A stretch of DNA of 39,511 nt from Prasinococcaceae sp. CCMP 1430 (Eukaryota; Plantae; Prasinodermophyta): NCBI GenBank assembly GCA_013416795.1, contig RQSC01001000.1, forward strand, positions 1 to 39,511, given 5' to 3'. Below, piece after piece: positions 1-8,987 of the stretch; the first letter of the stretch is position 1, and each line of letters begins with the position of its first letter. Both the position numbers and the translations under genes were made by a program. A model generated the notes under the pieces. That model was not told the DNA's origin and did not search any database. It worked only from the letters and a program-made list of their open reading frames with translations.

Positions 1-1
1 C

Positions 2-357
2 GCCGGTGCCTTTTACCAGCGCCAGAGCAACGAGATTTTCCAGGACTATCAGGTGGCCGGGCTGGACCCGCTGCTGTCGGTCAATGGTCGGCCGGGCACA
101 TTGTGGCTGACCAATCAGGAACGTGTCGACCGCGACTATGCCCTGTTCGGCGAGGCGAGCTTCGACATCACCGACCGCGTGACTTTGACGGCGGGCGGGC
201 GCCTGTTCCGTTATGACAACACGCTGATCGGTTTCTTCGGCTTTGGTCGCAACCCGGCCTTTTTCCAGGGCGCTGCGGGCAATCCGCCGCCCAATGCTGC
301 GGGCAGTTCGCGCACCGGTGTTGCCGGATGTTTCACCACCAGCGGCGTGCGCCTGCG
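2..357 (+). CDS. Internal fragment of a bacterial TonB-dependent outer-membrane receptor (probable contaminant or chimeric contig end)
   Basis: Frame 2 is open from the window edge: AGAFYQRQSNEIFQDYQVAG...DRDYALFGEASFDITDRVTLTAGGRLFRYD. This has the typical TBDR beta-barrel strand pattern (ALFGEASFDITDRxTLTAGxR). It has no start or stop and runs into CG-rich algal 5' UTR sequence at ~355. Confidence 0.8.
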
Positions 358-387
358 CGCCGGCGCGCGAGCGGCGCACCCCGCGCC

Positions 388-1763
388 ATGGCAGTCGCCA
401 CCGAGCCTCCCGCGGTCCTCGACGGCTCGGCCGCTCCCGAGACGCCCCCTGCTCCCTCACCGTCCCTTCGCCCGACTGAAGCCGCGCGCGTCCGTGCGGT
501 CCTCCGCACGACGCTCGCGCGCTTGGGCCTCGCCTCCGTCATCACGACCGACGTGCGTGTGCAAGTCGAGGAGCTCGGTCGTTCCGTCGGCGAGGAGATC
601 AGCCGCGTAATGGCCAAGCAGAGGGACCTCGAGGCGACCTTCGAGACGCTTGTCACCGCGCGTGCGGCGCTCATGCAAATGCCCAACAAGGCGAAATTCA
701 AGGAGAATCAGGTAAGTGCTGAGCGCAGCACGCGTGGCTGCGGACGAACCGTCCACGCACGCGGCAGCTCTCACGCCCGAGCAGGTTGGGCCGTGGGCGT
801 GCGCGTGTTGACCCGCATTTCTGCGCACGCGCCTGGGCGCACTCGCGCGCTCTGCAGGATCGGCTCCACGCCGTGGCTGAGCAACTATGCAGCACCTCCA
901 AGACGCTCAGCCGCAGTCTCAAGGACAACCCCAACGTTTCCAACAATATGCTCAAAGTGGCGTCGGAGAGGGCACGTGTGCAGGCCCTGCTCTCCAGGAC
1001 CGTGGTCGACCTGGAGGATGAAGGCACATGGTCCACCCTGACGGAGAGCGTCGCGGAAGAATCACGCCGCGAGCGCCTCGTCTCCGAGACCATCGAGCGC
1101 GAGCGCGCGGCGACATCCGAGGTGCGCTCTCTGCGCGCGACGCTCAAGTCCGAGCGCGAGGGCCACGCCGAGGACATGTTCGCGCGCGCGACGGCGCTCG
1201 CAACACTCAAAGAGAGGACCAAGGCTCTCAAACAGAAGACGGGAATGGGATCGAGGGCTTCTGCCAAGGAGGCGGCCGCCGACGTCGAGTGCATGGCGCG
1301 CGTCAACCGCGACCGGCTGCGCGAGCTGAGCGACGAGATCGCCGTGCTGCGCCGCCAGCTGCAGATTGAGCGCAACGTGCATGAGACCACAAGCGACTAC
1401 CTCAAGCGCCGCCATGCCACGCTGGTGGAGATGGGCTCTGATTGGTCGACCAAGTACGAGAACGACACGCAGGCGAAGGACAAGGAGATTGAGGCGCTCA
1501 AGTACAATCATCAGAGAGACCTCATCAAGCTGAAGGAGCTTCAGGAGAAGTACCAGCAGGAGGTGGCCGAGAAGGAAGTTCGCGACGCGGCGGACCGTCG
1601 CAAGGCGGAAGCCGCCATGGACGAGGACGAAAGAGCCGAGATGCGGCTCAGGGCCGCAATCAAGATCCAAGCGCTCTTCCGCGCTTACAAAGTCAGGAAG
1701 GCCATGAAGGGGAAGAAGAAGGCGGGGAAAAAAGGCAAGAAGGGCAAGAAGGGCAAAAAGTAA
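388..1763 (+). CDS. DRC9: Dynein regulatory complex subunit 9 / IQCG-like; join(388..711,858..1763), 409 aa
   Basis: ATG at 388 in good context (gccATGg). Phase-0 GTAAGT...CTGCAG intron at 712-857. Coiled coil with DYLKRR..W.TKYEND...KDKEIEALK, a C-terminal IQ motif (IQALFRAYKVRK) and a Lys/Gly tail, matching IQCG architecture. Confidence 0.78.
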
Positions 1764-2012
1764 AGCGCACGCGCGTCGCGTCCTGTACCAATACACACAC
1801 TTCGATACCCACACGTTCGCGCGCCGCGCGCGCCGCTCCTTCTTGGCGCGTGTGTGCATGCGCGCGCGCGGAGACAGGATGGCGTGGAGGACATCTTGTC
1901 AGGTTTCATATGCGACGCCCCAGGCATGCAGTAAGATCCTATGAAGACTTTCCGGCAGCCTACGTCCTCGAAGCATACGAGCGTAATGCGATGGACCGAC
2001 CGCGCCTGTCGC

Positions 2013-2971
2013 TCACTCAGCGCAAACGGTCAGGAGCTGTGCGATAGCGGCAGCAGAGAGTAGATGCCACGCGGCGTGAATGTACGGCGTGTCAGGAAAC
2101 TTGTCCTCAGACATGAACGTCCCGGCGGCGACCGCTGCCGTGGCGGTGCCAGTCTTGAACGCCGCGCGGCGACGCTTGAAGTTGGGGCCTGGGCGCGAAG
2201 CCCTCCTGAATAGCGCCAGGTGTGCTCGCGTACCCTGCACCATCGTCACGGCCATTGGCTGGTGCACCGCCGCATACGCCGCAAAGCACACCGTCGATAG
2301 CCCGCTCGTGCGCGCCCCAGTCGCGTGTGCCCAAGCGGTCGCAAGCGCGGCCACTGCTCCAGGCGTCGCGACCGTACGTACCAGAGAAATGAGCGCGCGC
2401 GCCGCGCACGTGGCGAGTCAGCACATGCAAGTGCAAGTGGGCAGACAGGACTTGATTCGCGCTCGTGCGCACCCGATATGAGGTCCAGCCGCCTCAGTTT
2501 CTCCCTGTGCTTGTAAGTCGACTGGCCCGAGCAGTGGTACAACGCCGCAATTGCTCCGGCGGCTCTGATCGTGGGCGCAACCGGCCGTAGCCTGCTCTCC
2601 GCAGCGCTGTCGCCGAGTCCTCGTGCGTCGGCACACTTCTGTGCGGCGACGCGCGCGGCCCACTCGTACGCGGTGCAGGTAGCGACGTTGACGAGCGTCT
2701 CTGCGGCATGGCAGTCGACGTTCCGGATGTTCACCGCAGGCGCCATCAACCAAGGTCGTCGCGCAGTCGTAACCGCGTCGATGTCCTCAGCGTAGGTGCT
2801 GCATGCCGCCGAGCGTGGCGCGAGCCCCTGGCGCAGCCTTTGTGCAGGGCTCCGGCGCCGCACGCGCAATTGCCCCCCGCCACCGCTCGGGTCGCCGCCA
2901 TCGCCGCCGCCCTCCGGTGCCCGCGATATCGCCGCGGTCCGACTGCCCCCATCGCTGGCCGGCGTCGCCAT
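2013..2971 (-). CDS. Conserved green-lineage membrane protein, CREST/ceramidase-like; join(2971..2473,2353..2013), 279 aa
   Basis: The intron at 2354-2472 (GTGCGC...GCTGAC...CAG) restores the frame LDLIS-V-AALAT. Motifs ETLVNVAT, ALYH, LRRLD and FPDTPYIHAAWH resemble the His/Asp metal-binding pattern of CREST membrane hydrolases. Confidence 0.65.
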
Positions 2972-3075
2972 GCCGCGCTCGCGCTCGCGCCCGCTGTGAC
3001 ACGGCCGACCTCGCGGGTGCGCTCGAGCCCCTCTGGCCTCGCCCGCCCGGCCGCGCGCTGAGCTGGCCATAACGG

Positions 3076-3120
3076 GCTCAAAAGAGCATCAGAGCATCAA
3101 AGGCGCTCAAAAGAGCATCA
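3076..3120. repeat. Short direct repeat GCTCAAAAGAGCATCA x2 with a third AGAGCATCA between the copies
   Basis: Exact 16-mers at 3076-3091 and 3105-3120. Each contains the inverted repeat GCTC-AAAA-GAGC. It lies ~100 nt upstream of the ATG at 2971 (minus strand). Confidence 0.8.
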
Positions 3121-3454
3121 AAAATGGCTTGCGATGTTGTGCTGCTTCGGAGGGGGAGCGTGGGAGGTGGACTCCTGTGATCACATGTGAGGAGTACGGA
3201 TCCGACGAGGGGCGCCCGCGCCGCAAGGAGTGCCAGCGGCGCCGCTCCGCCGCCCGGCGGCAGCGCCCTTCTCGTGCGCGATGTGAGGCGCCTCGCGCCT
3301 CGCGCGCGCAGCGTCGGCGGCCTTCGCACTCGCGCTGGTAGCGGGCGACGGCGCGACATGCCCTGACAGCCAGCGCAAAAGAGTTTTACAACGAAGTAGT
3401 TGATACAGATGTCCGTATTAAGTTGCGCGACGCTCGCCTGCTCGTCGCTGGTGT

Positions 3455-4687
3455 TCATGCAGCGGCGCTCGCCGCCGACGCCGCCTTGCCTTCATCGTCC
3501 CCGCCAGGCCGCTTCTGCTTTTCGAATTTGATGTGGTCGGCCTTCACATGTTGCTGCCAGCACATGAATCCCAGCACGTACACCAGGATGATGGGCAGAA
3601 ACAGCGACACACCCCAGCTCTGCGAGGCGCCCATCCCCTCCGACGTGGTAAAGCGCAGCAGCAGGCCCGTGAGCGCCGTGCCCGCTACACCACCCAGCGC
3701 TCCCACGCTGCTCGTTATGCCCAGCAGCGTAGGAGCATGCTTCTTGCTCAGGTCCTGGTGGATGCAGTACAGACTGGCGAGTGCGAAGCGCGCGGCGCCG
3801 AGCGCCGCGGTGAGGGCCAGCACGGCGACGATCTTGTTGGGCGCCAACGCAGCCACCACAAGGCAAGCGGCGGGGCCAAGCGTCGCCACCGCCTCGGCTC
3901 TCCTGCGCACGACGGTCACGTCGGTGCCTCCAGCGATGAGCCCGTCCGCCCACGTCGACGCCACGCCCGCCGAGAAGATGCCGAAGCACGGCGGCAGCAG
4001 CGAGTAGGCCGCCGCCTCAGCGAGGGTCGAGCCGAAACGCTCCACAAAGAAAGTGGGCAGCCACGCCAGGATGGTGAACTTGCCGAACGAGTCCGCGAAG
4101 TGCGCGCCGCACACGCCCAGCACTACGCGCGAGCGCACGAAGGCCCTCCACGGCAGCTCGTACAGCCGCACGCGCGGCACAACCATGTTCTTGGGTTCCT
4201 TGGGGGCGGGGATCGCGAGCCAAGCCGCCACCCACACAATGCCCGCCAGGCCAAACGCGTAGAACACCGCCGGCCATCCTATGAGCGCGATGAGCGGCGG
4301 CGTCGCGAGTAGCCCCACCACATTGCCAATGTTGAAACCCGTGAACACTATCCCCACCGCGCGCGCGCGCTCCTCGCGTGGCACGTAGCGCGCTACCATG
4401 TCCGTGGTGGCGGTCGGGCTGAAGCCCTCGCCAAGACCCACCAGGATGCGGGACGCGCACAGCGCGGTCACCGAGACCGCCGCTATGGGCGCCAGCAGCG
4501 TCCCCACCGACCACAGCACCACCCCCAGCGCCAACATGCGCTTGCCGGTCCACTTACTTGCCGCGGCGCCGCCCGGCACCTGCGACACCATGAACCCCCA
4601 GAAGAAGGCCGATTGGATCGCACCGGCCTCCGCCGGCGTCCACCCGAAGGTGGCCGCCATCGGCACGATAGCCACGCTCAGGCAGAC
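3455..4687 (-). CDS. MFS anion/phosphate transporter, SLC17/PHT4 (ANTR) family; terminal exon, 5' part (TM1) missing
   Basis: VCLSVAIVPM..FGW...G.IQSAFFWGF..SQVPGG, SRILVGLGEG, ERARAVG, GWPAVFY.FG, WLPTFF. The exon starts after a CTGAC branch site and TGCAG acceptor at 4688. TGTAA is at 3386-3390 (minus). Confidence 0.85.
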   Translation of the reverse strand, partial: VCLSVAIVPMAATFGWTPAEAGAIQSAFFWGFMVSQVPGGAAASKWTGKRMLALGVVLWSVGTLLAPIAAVSVTALCASRILVGLGEGFSPTATTDMVARYVPREERARAVGIVFTGFNIGNVVGLLATPPLIALIGWPAVFYAFGLAGIVWVAAWLAIPAPKEPKNMVVPRVRLYELPWRAFVRSRVVLGVCGAHFADSFGKFTILAWLPTFFVERFGSTLAEAAAYSLLPPCFGIFSAGVASTWADGLIAGGTDVTVVRRRAEAVATLGPAACLVVAALAPNKIVAVLALTAALGAARFALASLYCIHQDLSKKHAPTLLGITSSVGALGGVAGTALTGLLLRFTTSEGMGASQSWGVSLFLPIILVYVLGFMCWQQHVKADHIKFEKQKRPGGDDEGKAASAASAAA

Positions 4688-4815
4688 CTGCAACGCACAC
4701 ACGCGAGGCGGGACGGGGGCGGGGACGGGGGCGTCAGCGCCAGTGCGTCGCGCGAGCCACCCGGCAGCGTGCTGTGCGCGCGGCCCCGTGACCCCAGACG
4801 AGGACGTCCACTCGC

Positions 4816-5447
4816 CCGGCGCGGTGAAGCTGATGGTGCCACCACTGCCGCTAGACTCGCGAAACTCGGGGAATGAGTACTGCTGCTGGCGCGTGGACAT
4901 GCCGGCGAAGCGGGAGCCAAGTTGAGCCACCTCGACCTCCGAGGAGGAAACGGCGGCGCCGTGCTCTGCGGCACGAGGAGCCTGGCTGAGGCTGGGGCGC
5001 ATGTTTGCAAAGCGCCCCATCTGCGAGGACGCGCCGCCCATCGCCGGCCTGACGCTGCCGACGCCGCCGAAGGACGACGAGCCGCCGGTACTCGCCGCGC
5101 GCATCATGCCGCTGCCGCTGCCTCCGCCGTAGTACTGACCTCTAGCAGCCCCCAGGTCGTACCCTGACGCCCCCGGGGACGACGCCAACAAGCCAGCGGG
5201 GACACCCAGCTGCTCGGCCGCGCTGGACGCGGAGGGCAGCCCCTGACCACCAACTCGTGCCACGTGCGAGCCGGCGCCCGTGCTGTCGTCGTCGTAATAC
5301 CTCGGCGCGGGCACGCTGGAGAGGAACGCGCCCGCGCCTCTCTGCTGCGCGATGCCTGCAGATGACATCATGCCGAGGCCATAGCTCTCCTCTGATTGGT
5401 ACGACGACGAAAAGCCTGCGGCCCCGCCTTCACGCGGCGAGGGCTCC
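4816..5447 (-). CDS. Gly/Ser-rich low-complexity coding segment, probably from an unrelated gene
   Basis: Open frame with coding-like composition, bounded by the N at 5448. It lacks the PHT4 TM1 (NMDR-type) motif, and its best donor-like site (G/GCGAGT at 4815) is out of phase with the PHT4 acceptor. Confidence 0.4.
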
Positions 5448-6473
5448 NGCGCACCGCGGCCGTTGGGGGAGGTGCGGCGCGCGCGCGCGCGCGCCTGCGC
5501 GGTGATGGCGGCGCGAGGCCGTCCCCACACCACACGCGCGCACAGCACGGCGGCACCTATGTACAAAACCTGCAGCGTCGATACAACGCACGCCCATCCC
5601 CGACACTCGACGCCGGCACACGGCGCTTTTCGTTCCGGCTTTTTGGGCTGTTTGGCCGCGTTTCCGTTTCCGTTTCGTTTCCGGGCGACGCGCACACAAT
5701 TTTTTTTTTTTGCAAGAGACCGACCATCGGACGGTTCGCGCGCGCGTCCGTTTCGTTCCCGTTTCCGTTCGTTCCGTCCCGTTCGGTTCGGGTCGGTGCG
5801 CGCTCCGCGAATTGAAACGCCCCCCCGCGCCCCCGCGGTGATGGGAAAAAGGGCGGCGCGCTTTTCCCCGTTCGCGCGCCTTTGCCATCCATCGGACGCC
5901 CGCCGCAGAAAGGGGAAAAAGAGCGTCCGAAAAGGGTCCTCCCTCCCTCGGGGGTGCCGCCCGCGTGCGACCTCAACTGAACCCTCTATCACTCCAACAA
6001 ACCTCAAACATACAAACCTAAACATCACGGCGCGCCCTCGCGAAGGCCGGGACTTCGGCGGGCGCGCGATCCGCGCGCGGGCGCGGGCGCGCGAGGCAGA
6101 GGCTCGGTCGGAGCGAAGGTCAAAATCAACCCATGCGGACAACAACTGTACTCATGTGTGCGCTCGTGTATGCCTCGGTGCGAGATGCGGTGGCTGCGGA
6201 TTTGCGGCCGAGGTGCACCGCCCATCCGGATCCGCGACTTGACGGCGCTTCCCTTCTGTTTGGTTCGGTCGGAGCTGAGGGCTGAGGCCGGGCCAGACCC
6301 CAAACGCGAGCGGGCGCGGCGGGTCGGCGGTTTTCGCCGGCTCCGCGTTTGCGGCGGCGGGCGCGGGCGCGCGGGGGCGCGGCGACGCCATCGGACGGCA
6401 TCCCGGCGGGTGGGGAACGTCGCGGTCCGGGACGGATTTCGCGCGCGCGTCCCGCCGATTCGCGCGGGCGGCG

Positions 6474-6738
6474 NNNNNNNNNNNNNNNNNNNNNNNNNNN
6501 NNNNNNNNNNNNNNNNNNNNNNNNNNNNNNNNNNNNNNNNNNNNNNNNNNNNNNNNNNNNNNNNNNNNNNNNNNNNNNNNNNNNNNNNNNNNNNNNNNNN
6601 NNNNNNNNNNNNNNNNNNNNNNNNNNNNNNNNNNNNNNNNNNNNNNNNNNNNNNNNNNNNNNNNNNNNNNNNNNNNNNNNNNNNNNNNNNNNNNNNNNNN
6701 NNNNNNNNNNNNNNNNNNNNNNNNNNNNNNNNNNNNNN
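6474..6738. other. Assembly gap (others: 14290-14626, 22136-22595, 34048-34143; single Ns at 5448 and 10802)
   Basis: Runs of N. Confidence 0.99.
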
Positions 6739-7182
6739 GCACGGCGCGCCGGCGCGGGCGCGCCTGCGCGCACCGCGCCCCGCGCTCTGGGCAACTTCTT
6801 TGGCGGCGGCGGCGGCGGTGGCGGCGGCAGCAAATCGATGATTTGCATCGACTGTGGCTACATCTACAACGGCGACTTCGGGGCGCTGCCGCGCTCGTAC
6901 AAGTGCCCGGAGTGCGGCGTGGGCAAGGGCCGTTTCAAGGCGCTCACCCCACAGATGAAGGCCGTCATGTCGGCGCGCAAGAACAACAAGGCCCGAGGTG
7001 ACGCCGGCGGTGGCTGGTACGCGCGCGCGTCGGACAACAACATGTCCGCAGCGCAGAGGGCCATCGCCGAGACCCAGCGTCGCAAGGCAGGCAAGGACCC
7101 CTCGGCGCGCGAGAAGCTGCTCAAGAAGTACGGTGCGCGCGAGAAGGCGATTGACGACAAGAAGAGGGGGGGCTTCTGGTAG
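6739..7182 (+). CDS. Rubredoxin-like protein, probably plastid-targeted; 5' end in gap
   Basis: ICIDCGYIY...LPRSYKCPECGVGKGRF carries both rubredoxin CxxC knuckles. A transit-peptide-like Ala/Arg segment precedes it. TGTAA is at 7248-7252. Confidence 0.85.
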   Translation, partial: ARRAGAGAPARTAPRALGNFFGGGGGGGGGSKSMICIDCGYIYNGDFGALPRSYKCPECGVGKGRFKALTPQMKAVMSARKNNKARGDAGGGWYARASDNNMSAAQRAIAETQRRKAGKDPSAREKLLKKYGAREKAIDDKKRGGFW

Positions 7183-7416
7183 GACGAGCGCGCGCGCTAG
7201 GCGATGGCGGCGGCGGCGGCCGGTGGCGACCTGCTCGCTCCTTGCGATGTAAGGCGGAGAGCGTGCGGTAGACCGATGAAGGGCGGCTTGGACGCGCGCG
7301 ACGCACGCGCTGGTGGCGCGCCATCGACGACGGCCACGTGAGGCTAGTGATTACGCCGACTGCACGCGCTCGCGAACGCGCGCGCATTGCCCCCTCCCCC
7401 GAAATGTCTGCGCCGT

Positions 7417-8526
7417 TCACGCCTCAGCGCCATCGGCCCAGTCAAAGCGGACGAATTGGCCATCGGGAAGGACCACGAGCGCGTATCCGCTGTCGCCTGC
7501 GGCGGCGACGGGCGCCCCGTCGAGCGCCACGGGCGCTCCCGCGAAGCCGCGCGCGCACAGTGCCGCCCAGGGTGCACTGCCGTCGTCTACCGCCACTCGC
7601 GCGGCCTCAAGCAACTCGCGCGCGACGCCGCCCCCCACGCAGCCACCCAGGCGATGCACGTCGACGCCCTCGCACGCCACAGTGCCCGCGCCTGAGAGCG
7701 TCGTTGGACTCTCCGGAAGCGCCGCCTGAGCCAACCCATCACCGCTTTCGCGCTCGCGGAGCGCATCCTCCGCTGCGAGTGCAACCTCACCAAACCAGGC
7801 GAAGAGCGCGGCCGCCGCACCGGAGTCCAAGCGCTCGTCGCCAGACACGACCACATCACCGGCTGCACAGACGTCGCCTTGGGCGGGGGGCCCGCGCCGC
7901 AGCATGCGCGCGTCGTAGGCCGCAACCTCGCCCGATCGGGCGGCCAGAAACGCGCGCCGCAGCGCACACTGGCGGCGCTCAACGCCTTCCAGCGCCGCAA
8001 GCGGCCCATCCTCACAACCGTCGTTGACGCACGCGACCGCCCACTCAACTGGTGGTGCGCTGACGCACCCGCCGTCGCGGCTTGCTCGAAGCCTGCCCAT
8101 CACTCGGTCATGCAGCGGCCTGCCCTCGCGCCAGCACTTGGCGCGAAGGTCCACGTCAACGCGATACGACTCTCCATCGGTGGCGCGGCGGGCGGGCAGC
8201 CCGAGCTCCTCGTACTCATCACGCGTGATCGTGGCGACAAGCGCGCCGCGCGCGACTGCCCAACTCCCGCCGCGGGCGGCCGCCGGGCGCCGCACCGCGG
8301 CCGCAGTGGCCGCGGCGCGGCTGCCACGAACGACGCAAAATGCTGCCCTCTCTGCCGCCCTCTTCAGCGCCTCCTCTAGCGCCACGCACCCGCGCGCCGT
8401 GCCGCGCGCCACGAGGAGCGCCAGCTCCGCTGCGGGTGCGTCGTCGGCGCGCGGCTCAGCGCAGTGCGCGTGGGCATGGGCGAACGACGATGCGCGCGCA
8501 CGTGCACGCACGCGTGGCCGCCGCAT
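7417..8526 (-). CDS. RPP40: RNase P/MRP subunit RPP40-like protein
   Basis: GALVATITRDEYEELGL...YRVDVDLR...GRPLHDRV and the C-terminal PWAALCARGFAGAPV...GDSGY.LVVLPDG resemble the two conserved blocks of the Rpp40 family. Confidence 0.65.
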   Translation of the reverse strand: MRRPRVRARARASSFAHAHAHCAEPRADDAPAAELALLVARGTARGCVALEEALKRAAERAAFCVVRGSRAAATAAAVRRPAAARGGSWAVARGALVATITRDEYEELGLPARRATDGESYRVDVDLRAKCWREGRPLHDRVMGRLRASRDGGCVSAPPVEWAVACVNDGCEDGPLAALEGVERRQCALRRAFLAARSGEVAAYDARMLRRGPPAQGDVCAAGDVVVSGDERLDSGAAAALFAWFGEVALAAEDALRERESGDGLAQAALPESPTTLSGAGTVACEGVDVHRLGGCVGGGVARELLEAARVAVDDGSAPWAALCARGFAGAPVALDGAPVAAAGDSGYALVVLPDGQFVRFDWADGAEA

Positions 8527-8805
8527 CGCCGCCCCGTAGACCGCCCCCTCCCCCCCTTAGCCCTAGCCTCTGCCCTAGAAGCTCACCCCCCTGCCTCCTC
8601 TTCCCGTCCGCCCCCCCCCCTGACCCCCCCCCCCCCCCCCAAGCACCCCGCTATGCTTTGCCTGTGTGGCACACCACTCTCGCTCGCTGCTGCTGGTTTC
8701 ACTTACTAGTACTAAACACAGTAACGTTGGCGCATTCGGCCCGTTGACCCGGATGCGCACGCGCCCGGCCGTGCCTACAGCGTGCAGCGTCGCTGCGCTG
8801 GAGAC

Positions 8806-8855
8806 TAGCTCCAGCTAGTAGAGTCACCAGCTCGAGCTCTCTAGCTGGAGTGCTA
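8806..8855. repeat. Intergenic inverted repeat / hairpin
   Basis: CTCCAGCTAG (8809-8818) pairs with CTAGCTGGAG (8841-8850), extended by AGAG/CTCT. Confidence 0.6.
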
Positions 8856-8987
8856 CTGCACTGAAGTGAGGCGTGACCGCGTGTGCGAGTGGCCGCCGTC
8901 CCCGCTGCGCTGCGCTGTCCGTGCGCGCACTGTGTGGCGGGAAGCGCCCTTTGTATTAATCACCTCCCTGGCGCGCACTCGTGCCGC

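Noticed and set aside
53-610. 185-aa ORF as a real TBDR-algal fusion or established HGT gene
   Set aside because: After ~357 it reads an alternative frame of DRC9. It has no true start, and an undegraded bacterial fragment at the edge of the sequence favours a chimera.
3076-3123. CRISPR-like mini array
   Set aside because: Only two 16-nt copies with a 13-nt spacer, no cas genes, and a eukaryotic context.
3455-6145. 896-aa transporter with a huge N-terminal extension
   Set aside because: It crosses an N, an intron-like segment and low-complexity non-coding DNA. Only 3455-4687 is MFS-like.
8545-8648. Telomere repeat (cccttag/ccctag) within C-runs
   Set aside because: Only 2-3 degenerate units and no tandem array. 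It is at most a G-quadruplex-prone tract.
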